Assembly: GCA_015232405.1 (NCBI GenBank)
Contig: JADFZS010000004.1
Span: 12,053 to 76,052 of the forward strand
Direction: 5' to 3'
Length of the DNA: 64,000 nucleotides
Source: Magnetococcales bacterium
Lineage (GTDB): Bacteria > Pseudomonadota > Magnetococcia > Magnetococcales > JADFYX01
Positions within the stretch are counted from its first letter, which is position 1, and every line of letters begins with the position of its first letter. Below, piece after piece: positions 52,701 through 62,102 of this stretch. The translations under genes and the position numbers were made by a program. The notes under the pieces were generated by a model. The model ran no database searches. It was not told where the DNA came from and saw only the letters and a program-made list of their open reading frames with translations.

Positions 52701-52882
52701 TTCAATCAGTTACACATCAGCATAACAAACTTTGTTAACATCAATTAATTTATTAATAGGATAAATTAAAACATTGATGTACTATGGGCAGACTAACAGG
52801 ATTTTATTGCATTATAGTTTTAAATATCAACATGTTATCTCCATTGATCTGGGGGGTTCTTTAGCTTGAGAAGGGCAAATAT

Positions 52883-55252
52883 ATGAATCTTTTTGTATCT
52901 TTACTTAACGTAAGAGGCCGGGTTAATCTGATAATTGTACTTGCTGTACTAGGAATGGTTGTTAGCGGTGTAGTATCAATAAGCGGAAAAGAGAAAGAGC
53001 TGTTAGAAGACCGTAAAACCCAGACAAAAAATCTGGTTGAAACAGCATTTGGAGCTATTAAACATTTCTATGAGCTTGAACAGGGTGGCAAAATGACCCG
53101 CTCTCAGGCCCAGCTACAGGCCAAATCGGTCATTAAATCACTCCGTTATGCCGGTACAAACTATTTTTGGATCAACGACTATTCTGCAGTAATCGTCATG
53201 CACCCCATCAAACCAAAACTTGATGGTAAGGATCTTTCAGAATTTAAAGATAAAGGGGGTAAAAAACTTTTTACCGAATTTACCACGGTTGTCAAAAAGC
53301 ATGGTGAGGGATTTGTTGACTATCTCTGGCCAAAACCGGGGCTGGAAGAACCAGCTGGTAAAATATCATTTGTTAAAGGTTTTAAACCCTGGGGATGGAT
53401 TGTCGGTTCCGGCATATATGTCGATGATATCAAGGCAAAATTTTGGCAAGATGCCCAAGATTTAGCCAAGACATTGGTGGTTATTGCCATCATTCTAGCC
53501 TTTGTAGCTTATGTTCTCTCTTTGACCATCATAAACCCCATAAAAAAAATATCTGCCGTGATAGCCGATATGGCTGAGGGAGACTTAACCCAGCGCATTG
53601 ATATTCCAACAAAATCTGACGAGATATACAATATTGGTCATCTGGTAAACAAAATGGCAGACAGTCTTTCTGACAATACCCGCTCCATTCGTCTGCAAGC
53701 CCAGACAGTTTTGGCAGTAGTCAGAGGGTTGAGCAGATCGGGAAAAATGCTTGAGTCCGACTCCTCTCATATCCATGAAATGATAATCCAATCCATCAAA
53801 GATAACGATGAAATTGATGTTGAGACTACCAACCTTAAAAATAGTGTTGATGAGGCAGCCGATGATATTCAAGGGGTTAGTGGCAGGGTTGGTCAACTAT
53901 CGGGAGAGATACAGACCATTGCGACTGATTCTGACAATGCCAGTACCAATGTTACCAATATGGCATCTGCAGCCGAGGAGATGACCGCAAATATCACTAG
54001 TGTAAATGATAGCTTGGAGAAGGTCAGTGGCTCTGTTACCACCATTGCTACCTCTATAAAAGAGATGACCGACTCATTGGAGGGGGTCAGGGTATTGTGT
54101 GAATCGGCCTCCACCATATCAAATCAGGCTAGCGGCCTAGTTGAAGAGAACCAGACCATTATGACCTCCCTTTCAGACTCTGCACAAAAAATCGGTAACG
54201 TGGTGGAGATTATAAGTGGTATCGCAGAACAGACCAACATGCTGGCACTAAACGCTGCAATTGAAGCAGCTGGAGCTGGAGAGGCTGGTAAAGGCTTTGC
54301 CGTGGTTGCCAACGAGGTTAAAGAGTTGGCTCGGCAGACCGTTGATGCCACCATGGAAATTTCAAACATGGTAAACGAGATCCAGAAAAAATCCTCCGAG
54401 GCTACCAATACAACAGATCAGGTAACAGATGCGTTTAAAAATATCAACAAGTCCAACCAGGAGATAACCACAGCCATTACCGAACAGAGTGATACAGTTG
54501 TCAATATCTCTACCACCATGAACAATGTCGAACAGGCATCAGGTGAGGTGAGTCGCAACATGCAGGAGCTGGCAAGTGCAGCCCAGGAGGTCTCCCATAA
54601 CGCTCAAGAGGCGGCATCCAACACCTCTTCCATTGCCTCCTCTTCCAATAGAGCAGCAACCGAGGCCGATACTTTCTCCCAGGAGGTTAGTAGCATCAGT
54701 GATAAAACCCAACAGATAAAGGGGTTGGGTGATGGCATTTTTACAGCTTCTGCTGCTGTTAAGGAGAACTTTATCAAAATAAGTGATCTAAACTCTTTAA
54801 TAGCAAACATGATCAACCATACTGTGCAGATGACTCATGTAGTTGAAAATGCAGGTGTCAGTCTACAAGAGGAAGTTAAAAGCCTGGATATTGGCAAACT
54901 GCCTTTGGATATCCAGACCATTAAACACCACCACCTGACTTGGATGAGCAACTTAAGCCAGTTGACAATGGGTCGTGAGAGCAAACACTCCATTGATAAT
55001 GTTCGTTCATCCAAAGATTGTGACTTTGGTAAATGGTATGAAGGTGAGGGTAAAAAACTACTTGGTCATCAACCGATATATGCCCAATTGGGTAGTGTAC
55101 ATAGAAAACTTCATGAACAGGGAGCCAAGGTATTGGATGCCTGTCGAGGAGATAACCCAGATCAAGCAGGGCAGATGTACGAGGATATGGAGCCAACGAG
55201 AGATGAGTTATTTAAATTGTTGGATGATCTATATCTATTGCAATCCAATTAA
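52883..55252 (+). CDS. Methyl-accepting chemotaxis protein (Cache_2-HAMP-MCP-CZB)
   Basis: YFWIND...[18 protein letters not shown]-terminal HHLTW...CDFGKWY...H. Confidence 0.93.
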   Translation: MNLFVSLLNVRGRVNLIIVLAVLGMVVSGVVSISGKEKELLEDRKTQTKNLVETAFGAIKHFYELEQGGKMTRSQAQLQAKSVIKSLRYAGTNYFWINDYSAVIVMHPIKPKLDGKDLSEFKDKGGKKLFTEFTTVVKKHGEGFVDYLWPKPGLEEPAGKISFVKGFKPWGWIVGSGIYVDDIKAKFWQDAQDLAKTLVVIAIILAFVAYVLSLTIINPIKKISAVIADMAEGDLTQRIDIPTKSDEIYNIGHLVNKMADSLSDNTRSIRLQAQTVLAVVRGLSRSGKMLESDSSHIHEMIIQSIKDNDEIDVETTNLKNSVDEAADDIQGVSGRVGQLSGEIQTIATDSDNASTNVTNMASAAEEMTANITSVNDSLEKVSGSVTTIATSIKEMTDSLEGVRVLCESASTISNQASGLVEENQTIMTSLSDSAQKIGNVVEIISGIAEQTNMLALNAAIEAAGAGEAGKGFAVVANEVKELARQTVDATMEISNMVNEIQKKSSEATNTTDQVTDAFKNINKSNQEITTAITEQSDTVVNISTTMNNVEQASGEVSRNMQELASAAQEVSHNAQEAASNTSSIASSSNRAATEADTFSQEVSSISDKTQQIKGLGDGIFTASAAVKENFIKISDLNSLIANMINHTVQMTHVVENAGVSLQEEVKSLDIGKLPLDIQTIKHHHLTWMSNLSQLTMGRESKHSIDNVRSSKDCDFGKWYEGEGKKLLGHQPIYAQLGSVHRKLHEQGAKVLDACRGDNPDQAGQMYEDMEPTRDELFKLLDDLYLLQSN

Positions 55253-55316
55253 TGGGTGAAGTTACAGTTAAGAGCATTTGTCTTGTAATTTAGATTTTGC
55301 GAAAAAGGAGGAAGAT

Positions 55317-56492
55317 GTGAGTCCACTAGCTAAATTGGGTAATGGGAAATCAGACCACTCAGATACCATTAGTCAATCCACATTTTTAATTGGAGGAAAA
55401 GCTTTAAGACTTGCTAATATTTCTGAGGAGATCAACGCAATTACCCACTCTCTGCAAAGTTGTGATACACAGGGAGCAACATCAAATATAAGCAGATTAA
55501 ATGATCAAGTCAGTCAAATGCGTGAGCTATTGGACAATGCTCTCTCAATCCTTGCCGTTGTTAAAAATGGTAGTAAGGCCATAGGGTTGATTGCCGATCA
55601 AACAAACATATTATCAGTAAACGCAGCTATTCAAGCGGCCCAATCAATAGGCGTTTCCGGTATGCGCTTCTCGGTTGTGGCCCACGAAGTAAAACAGCTT
55701 GCCACCCGCTCCAAAGAGACAGCAATTGATATTTCAACACAGCTTGAAGCTTTGATAGATAGCTTTAACAAACTACAGCTAGAGATTGATAAAAGTATAG
55801 AAGGGGCAGTTTTAGCAAGAGAAAAAGTTGCGGGAATAACCACAACAAACAACGATTCCAGCCAGCGACTTGATAGGGTTGGGGAGCTGTTAAAAGAGGC
55901 TTTTGAACGTGAAAATCAGCAGCTTAAACTACTGATAAAAACCGGTGTAGAGACTGAGCACTCCCCATATTGTGAAAAAGCCATGGAGACAGCAGCACTA
56001 ATTGGTGAAACATTTGCCCAAGCCATCAAAGATAAAAAGCTAACAGAAGATGCGCTCTTCAGCTCTGAGTATACTAAAATTGATGGAACCAACCCGGAAC
56101 AGTTTACAACCCCATATATAGAATTTACCGACCGGATTCTGCCAACCATTCAAGAGCCAGTCTGTGAATGGGACCCCAGAATTGCGTTTTGTGCTGCTGT
56201 AAGAACTGACTCTTTTCTGCCGACCCATATACTCAAGGTCTCAAACCCCCAACGACTCTATGCAAAAACAGCTGAAGATATTGCATGGAATGATGCCAAC
56301 TGTCGTAACCACAGGTTTTTCAAGGATCCGACAGGTTTGGCTGCTGGGCAAAATCGTGAACCATGTATGGTACGGGTTTACGATAGAAAAGTAGGGGAAA
56401 ACACAGTTATCATGTATGATGTATCAGCACCAATAATGGTGAATGGCAAACATTGGGGCGGACTGCGCATTGGCTATAAAGCAACTGAATAG
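55317..56492 (+). CDS. Cytoplasmic MCP-like protein with C-terminal sensor domain
   Basis: QTNILSVNAAIQAA...EVKQLA, no TM, C-terminal DVSAPIMVNGKHWGGLRIGY. GTG start follows an AGGAGG SD. Confidence 0.8.
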   Translation: MSPLAKLGNGKSDHSDTISQSTFLIGGKALRLANISEEINAITHSLQSCDTQGATSNISRLNDQVSQMRELLDNALSILAVVKNGSKAIGLIADQTNILSVNAAIQAAQSIGVSGMRFSVVAHEVKQLATRSKETAIDISTQLEALIDSFNKLQLEIDKSIEGAVLAREKVAGITTTNNDSSQRLDRVGELLKEAFERENQQLKLLIKTGVETEHSPYCEKAMETAALIGETFAQAIKDKKLTEDALFSSEYTKIDGTNPEQFTTPYIEFTDRILPTIQEPVCEWDPRIAFCAAVRTDSFLPTHILKVSNPQRLYAKTAEDIAWNDANCRNHRFFKDPTGLAAGQNREPCMVRVYDRKVGENTVIMYDVSAPIMVNGKHWGGLRIGYKATE

Positions 56493-56502
56493 CTATGTTT
56501 AA

Positions 56503-58977
56503 TTACTGATAAAGCTCATCCTCTAGATCCTGGAGATCTTCGACAACCCCTTTGTCTTTGGCAGGGTTTGGTTTTTGCCCCTTTTTGAAAGCCTCCATCA
56601 CCCAATGTTTATCACCTTGGGCCAAGGTCTCCCCTGTCTCATAGTCTACCGCCTCTAGATGTATCCCTTCAGGTACGGGAAAATCGGTTCTGGGGCGATC
56701 TTTTAGACCTGCCCGCATAACATCGATCCAGATAGGTAGAGCAGCGGTTGCTCCTGTCTCCCGATAACCCAACGGTGTGGAGTCATCCATACCAACCCAA
56801 ACTCCAGTTACCAACGATGGGCTGAAACCCATAAACCATGCATCACGAAGATCGTTGGTGGTTCCGGTTTTTCCTGCTAATGGTCGGCGCAATTTTTTTG
56901 CCCGTCGCCCAGTACCATGATGAACTACACCTTTTAACAGATTTGTTGTTTGATAGGCGGTTGTAGGATCTAAAACCCGAGAACCAAACATAGATGCCAT
57001 TTCTGGCTCTTTTTCCAGGCTTTTGACGTTATGACTAGGTCTATCCTTTAGTGGTTCTTGATGGCACAAAAGACAGTCACCCCCCTTATGACGATAGACA
57101 GTACGCCCAAAACGGTCTTGGACCCTGGCTATATAGACAGGCTCTACCAGCTTGCCACCGTTGGCAAAAACAGCATAAGCCGATGTCATATCCAGGGGAG
57201 TAAAGCCTATAGAGCCGAGGGAGAGGGAGAGATCCTGACGGAATTTAGGAATGGGCAGGCCAAATTTATCTAAAAACGGAACCATCTTGGAGATACCGAT
57301 ATTTTTTACCAATCTAATGGTAACCAAATTACGGGAGTGGGCCAGACCAGTGCGCAGGGTTGTAGGTCCATAGAATTTTTTCTCATAGTTCTCTGCTCGC
57401 CAAACCTTCAGTTCACCAGTATCTGGATCACGATATTTAATGGGTAGAGGACTATCGTCAATTTTATCTACCGGAGAGTATTGTTGATCCAAACCAGCTG
57501 CATAGAGAAATGGTTTAAAAGCAGAACCCGGTTGTCGTTTGCTCTGTGTGGCCCGGTTAAATTCACTGTTGGCAAAATTGTAACCACCAACCATGGCTAA
57601 AATCTGTCCGGTATGTGGGTCAAGACTGATGGAGGCAGCTTCTGCTTCTGGCTCTTGGGCCAAACGGTAAAAACCATCTTTTTTGCGTGGTTTTTCCACT
57701 AAAATAATATCACCAACCCCCAGTACATCATTGATATGTTTAATTTTTGCTCCCGGTTTTTTGTCATCACCTTCAAGTCTTGGTCTAGCCCATTCCACCC
57801 CTTTAAAGGGTAGCTCTACCACTTTATCATCTTTAAATAGTTGGATTTTAGCAGGAGATTTTTTCGCTGTTTCAATAACCAAACCATAAAAATAGTTGGA
57901 GGTAGAAACTGTTTTTTCCGGGTTGTCTGAAAGCCATTTTTTTATGGTTTCTGGTTCTAAATCATCAAGATGATCAAGAACTCCACGATATCCATGGCGA
58001 CGATCCAGGGCTAACAATCCATCACGAACCGCCTTTTGCGATGCTCTTTGTAGGTCTGGGTCCAAGGTGGTGTAGACATCCAACCCCCCCCTATAGAGCT
58101 GGTTATATCCCCATTCAGAATGGATGGTTCGTCTAACATGTTCCAAAAAGTGGGGAGCGATCTGCTCCAGAGGTTTTGGTGGTCGAGCAAGACCAAAGGG
58201 GGCTGTCTTTGCAATCTGGGCCTGCTCTTTGGTAATCACCCCCACCGCTTCCATTCTGCTTAGTACTTTAATCTGTCTCTTTCTAGCCCGTTCCGGTTTA
58301 TGCCATGGATTATAACGGTTGGGTGCTTGGGGCAGACCTGCTAAAAGAGCCATCTGACCCAGACTTAACTCTGAGACATCCTTATTAAAATAGATACGAG
58401 ATGCCGCCCCCACTCCATACGCCCCTGAGCCTAGCAGAACCTGATTAAGATATAGCTCAATAATTTCATCTTTAGAAAAACGCTGCTCTATGCGTAAGGA
58501 GAGAATAATCTCTTTAATTTTACGTTCCCAGGTTTTAATTCCCGTCAAAAGAAATGTTCTGGCAACCTGTTGGGTGATGGTTGAAGCCCCCTGCACCTTG
58601 CGACCTGCCCGTACGTTGGCAATTGCAGCGCGAAACATACCCATGGGGTCAATACCGGGATGTTTGTAAAATTTCCAATCTTCAATAGCCAATAGAGCAA
58701 GCACAAGCTGATTGGGTATTTTTTCAAAAGGGACAAACTGCCGTCTTTGAATGTAAAACTCTCCCAACATCTGGTAATCTCGTGCGAATACCCTGGTTAC
58801 CAAACTGGGTTTATAGTGGGCAAGATCATCGAGTGTTGGTAGATCCTTGCTGTAAATTTTATATACCTTCCAAACGCCACCAAGCCCTATCAAGCCCGTG
58901 ATAAAGAACAGGACTGTTAGGTAGAAAAGCCAGCCACGTTTTTTTTTGGTTTTAACTTTTTTTATATTTTTACCCAT
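56503..58977 (-). CDS. mrcA: Penicillin-binding protein 1A
   Basis: GASTITQQ, QPGSAFKP, SRN, KTG. Divergent from pilM as is typical. Confidence 0.96.
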   Translation of the reverse strand: MGKNIKKVKTKKKRGWLFYLTVLFFITGLIGLGGVWKVYKIYSKDLPTLDDLAHYKPSLVTRVFARDYQMLGEFYIQRRQFVPFEKIPNQLVLALLAIEDWKFYKHPGIDPMGMFRAAIANVRAGRKVQGASTITQQVARTFLLTGIKTWERKIKEIILSLRIEQRFSKDEIIELYLNQVLLGSGAYGVGAASRIYFNKDVSELSLGQMALLAGLPQAPNRYNPWHKPERARKRQIKVLSRMEAVGVITKEQAQIAKTAPFGLARPPKPLEQIAPHFLEHVRRTIHSEWGYNQLYRGGLDVYTTLDPDLQRASQKAVRDGLLALDRRHGYRGVLDHLDDLEPETIKKWLSDNPEKTVSTSNYFYGLVIETAKKSPAKIQLFKDDKVVELPFKGVEWARPRLEGDDKKPGAKIKHINDVLGVGDIILVEKPRKKDGFYRLAQEPEAEAASISLDPHTGQILAMVGGYNFANSEFNRATQSKRQPGSAFKPFLYAAGLDQQYSPVDKIDDSPLPIKYRDPDTGELKVWRAENYEKKFYGPTTLRTGLAHSRNLVTIRLVKNIGISKMVPFLDKFGLPIPKFRQDLSLSLGSIGFTPLDMTSAYAVFANGGKLVEPVYIARVQDRFGRTVYRHKGGDCLLCHQEPLKDRPSHNVKSLEKEPEMASMFGSRVLDPTTAYQTTNLLKGVVHHGTGRRAKKLRRPLAGKTGTTNDLRDAWFMGFSPSLVTGVWVGMDDSTPLGYRETGATAALPIWIDVMRAGLKDRPRTDFPVPEGIHLEAVDYETGETLAQGDKHWVMEAFKKGQKPNPAKDKGVVEDLQDLEDELYQ

Positions 58978-59279
58978 GGCTCAACCTTAACAAATTACAA
59001 CACTCGATACCAGAAACCTATGACACAAACCTATACAGCAAACCAAACAGTGAAAAAGAAAAAGGTTAATGGAAATACACAAAACACAAATGGAAATTTA
59101 GAAATTTTCTTGATACACTTGATATATCAATATATTACACAAAGGACATGCTGCCAACTACCCTATTAAGGTTTGTGAACCTTATTTGGTTTTATTGATA
59201 GACAGTTAGTCTTGCAAATTGGTAATGTAAACAGAGACAAATTTGTTTTAATAATAATGGAACAGTTAATAACTATCTC

Positions 59280-60395
59280 ATGCTGTCTTTTTTATCAAAA
59301 TATAAACCTATCATCGGTCTAGATATAGGTACAACTGCCATAAGAGCAATAGAAATCCGCCCTTCGGGTTCGAGTTGGCGTCTGCACCGTTGGGGCAACC
59401 AACCTCTGCCACCTGATGTTGTGGTGGATGGCAAGATCAAAAACAGCGAAGAGGTTGTCTTAGCACTACAGACCCTTATAGCCAAAGTCGGCTTTACCAC
59501 CAAGCGTGTTGCCCTTTCAGTTGGCGGTCCATCGGTTGTCGTTAAAAATATTCAACTTCCCGTTATGTCAGAAATGGACACGGAAGACCAGATCTCCTTG
59601 GAAGCTGAAGAACACATACCCTTTGGGATCGATGATGTTCATCTTGATTTTCAGATTTTAAATCAAGACCAAGAAAACATGAACGTTCTATTGACTGCAT
59701 GCAAAAAAGAGTCCTTAGACGATTATATCAAAATTATCCAAGAGGCAGGTTTAGAAACTGCGGTATGTGATTTGGAGATTTGCTGTTTGGTGAATGCCCA
59801 TGATGCCTTTATCTCTCCTGGTATATTTACCCCTAATAAAAAGAAAAAAAAGGCGAAAAAAAAATCTGCCGACATGCCAGAAAAAAAAGTTGCGCCCGCT
59901 GTTGTTTTACTGGCCAACAGTGGTGAATCATACCTGAATGTTGTGATTTTGATTGACGGTGTGCCAACTTTTACCCGTGATTATAACCTCGGAACCAAAC
60001 AGTTGATCAAACAGGTTGCCGATGAGTTGGAAATTCCATTCAACGAGGCAGAAAAACTACTAAAAGGTACTGAAATACCAGAACAAAAAGAGGTTTTAGA
60101 GCAAAATATACAACAATTTGAGGAGCAGCTAACCAGTACTATTCAACAGTCCATTGATTTTTTTGGCAAAAGCAACCCTGGCCATGAAGTGAGTGAGCTT
60201 GCTCTCAGCGGAGCAGCAACCCAGATTCCTGGTATAGAACAGCGACTCTCTGAGAAGTTGACTATTCAGGTTGTCTGTAGCAACCCAATAACTGGCCTTA
60301 AACCCGGAAGTGGCAAAGGATTTGTACCCATGCCCAAAGATATGGCTTCACGCTTTATCATTGCCTTGGGTTTAGCTCTACGGGGGGATATGTAA
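59280..60395 (+). CDS. pilM: Type IV pilus assembly protein PilM
   Basis: IGLDIGT, EAEEHIPF, ALGLALR. Confidence 0.95.
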   Translation: MLSFLSKYKPIIGLDIGTTAIRAIEIRPSGSSWRLHRWGNQPLPPDVVVDGKIKNSEEVVLALQTLIAKVGFTTKRVALSVGGPSVVVKNIQLPVMSEMDTEDQISLEAEEHIPFGIDDVHLDFQILNQDQENMNVLLTACKKESLDDYIKIIQEAGLETAVCDLEICCLVNAHDAFISPGIFTPNKKKKKAKKKSADMPEKKVAPAVVLLANSGESYLNVVILIDGVPTFTRDYNLGTKQLIKQVADELEIPFNEAEKLLKGTEIPEQKEVLEQNIQQFEEQLTSTIQQSIDFFGKSNPGHEVSELALSGAATQIPGIEQRLSEKLTIQVVCSNPITGLKPGSGKGFVPMPKDMASRFIIALGLALRGDM

Positions 60396-60991
60396 TGATT
60401 TTACATGTAAATTTACTCCCCTACCGGGAAGCTCGCCGGGAAAAAATGATCCAGAAAATTTTAATTGCCTGGGGAATGACTGTAGCATTGGGTGTGGGGG
60501 GAATTATCATGACTAATTCCATGATTTCCGACCACGTTTTAGAACAAAAAGCGATAAAAAAACAAAAACAGGCGACTATTGCTCAGCTGGATGCCAAATT
60601 GGGTGAGATAAAAGATATAAATGTACGTAAGCAACAGGTTAAGGCCCGGCTGGCTGTAATTGAAACCCTGGGACTACAGCGCAACCTCCCGGTTCATCTG
60701 CTGGAGGCCATAAGTACAGCGATACCGGATAAGGTCTGGCTGCGGGAAATATCAACTACCCAGAACACCATAACCATAAGCGGTTTTACTCTTTCCAATG
60801 CCATGGTAGCTGATTTTATGCGCAAATTGGATAGCTCTGATCATATTACCAATGTAAATCTAAACAATATTGCCCAATCCAAGTTGGCTAGTATCAACAA
60901 CAAGCTGCGAAACTTCAAACTTAGTGCCAATATTGTCTTACCAACCCCACAAAACCAGCCAGCACCCGGTAAAAGGAGGGGTAGGAGATAG
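60395..60991 (+). CDS. pilN: Type IV pilus assembly protein PilN
   Basis: VNLLPYR motif. Confidence 0.95.
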   Translation: MILHVNLLPYREARREKMIQKILIAWGMTVALGVGGIIMTNSMISDHVLEQKAIKKQKQATIAQLDAKLGEIKDINVRKQQVKARLAVIETLGLQRNLPVHLLEAISTAIPDKVWLREISTTQNTITISGFTLSNAMVADFMRKLDSSDHITNVNLNNIAQSKLASINNKLRNFKLSANIVLPTPQNQPAPGKRRGRR

Positions 60992-60993
60992 CC

Positions 60994-61587
60994 ATGGAAT
61001 TAGGTTTTGATCCAACGGATATTCTTCGTCTGCCACTGTTTAAAAAAGTTGGTATTGGACTGCTGATTTTATTGATTATGTTGGCAGCATATTGGCATTT
61101 TTCCTTAAGGGACCAGCTACAGGTAGTAGAGGCCAACAAAAACTCAATTGCCTCCTTGGATAACAGCATAGCCTCAAAAAAACGTATGCTGCTGCAACTA
61201 CCAAGGCTGCGTAAGGAGTTAATAGAACTTAAACAAAGAGAGGCAAAGGCTGCCCGTAAATTACCATCACAAAAAGAGATTCCAGCTCTGTTGACCGATA
61301 TTTCCAACGCAGGTCACGAACAGGGGTTGGAGTTCACCCTGTTTGCACCAAAACCTGAGCTGCCCATGAATGTCTATGCCAAGGTTCCTGTGGAGGTAAA
61401 GGTACGTGGTCCATATCATGAGACCCTGCTCTTCATGAATCAGGTTGCAAGACTCTCCAGGATAGTTACATTTTCCAACATTAAAATGCAACCCAGTGGC
61501 GAGATCCTCAATACCCAAGCTTGGGTTACAACCTATCGGTTTTTGAATGTAAATAATCAGCCCGGTAAAAAAAGGGGTAAAAGATGA
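60994..61587 (+). CDS. pilO: Type IV pilus assembly protein PilO
   Basis: LPSQKEIPALLTDI, LSRIV. Confidence 0.95.
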   Translation: MELGFDPTDILRLPLFKKVGIGLLILLIMLAAYWHFSLRDQLQVVEANKNSIASLDNSIASKKRMLLQLPRLRKELIELKQREAKAARKLPSQKEIPALLTDISNAGHEQGLEFTLFAPKPELPMNVYAKVPVEVKVRGPYHETLLFMNQVARLSRIVTFSNIKMQPSGEILNTQAWVTTYRFLNVNNQPGKKRGKR

Positions 61588-62102
61588 GCAACTCCTATAT
61601 TTACCCTGTGCAAAACTTGTTTAAAACATTGACCTGCTTAACTATTTTATTTATCCCTTGGTCAACGGCTATTGCTGCCAACAAAAAAGCAGAAGCACAA
61701 AAAGCTGCTAAAGAAGATGCACCCTACATATACAACGCCGAGGGTAAACGAAATCCATTTCAGGTTCCCAAGGGCATAGGTTTACGCCCGGAAGAGAGAG
61801 TTCCCAAAAAAGGCGAGATTGCAAAACCTGTGAGAATCCGCGAATATCTTGAACAGTTTCAACTTGATAGCTTAAAGTTAGTAGCAATACTTTTTCATAT
61901 AGAAGGTCAACAAGCAGCAGCTATGGTGCGGGATCCAGAAGGCAAGGGTCACATGATTCATGTAGGTCAGTATATCGGAGTAAATGAGGGACGTATTTCT
62001 GATATAAGTGATGGAACCGTGACAATAGTTGAGCCAACCCCTGCACTGATAAAAAAAGAACGAACCATTACTCTGCGGTTGCATAAAAAGGATGAAAAAT
62101 GA
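61584..62102 (+). CDS. pilP: Type IV pilus assembly protein PilP
   Basis: KRNPF, LEQFQLDSLKLVAI, GQYIGVNEGRI. Confidence 0.93.
   Translation: MSNSYIYPVQNLFKTLTCLTILFIPWSTAIAANKKAEAQKAAKEDAPYIYNAEGKRNPFQVPKGIGLRPEERVPKKGEIAKPVRIREYLEQFQLDSLKLVAILFHIEGQQAAAMVRDPEGKGHMIHVGQYIGVNEGRISDISDGTVTIVEPTPALIKKERTITLRLHKKDEK

Noticed and set aside
52738-52780. AT-rich inverted repeat between the kinase and MCP genes
   Set aside because: Weak, interrupted stem that is plausible by chance in AT-rich DNA.
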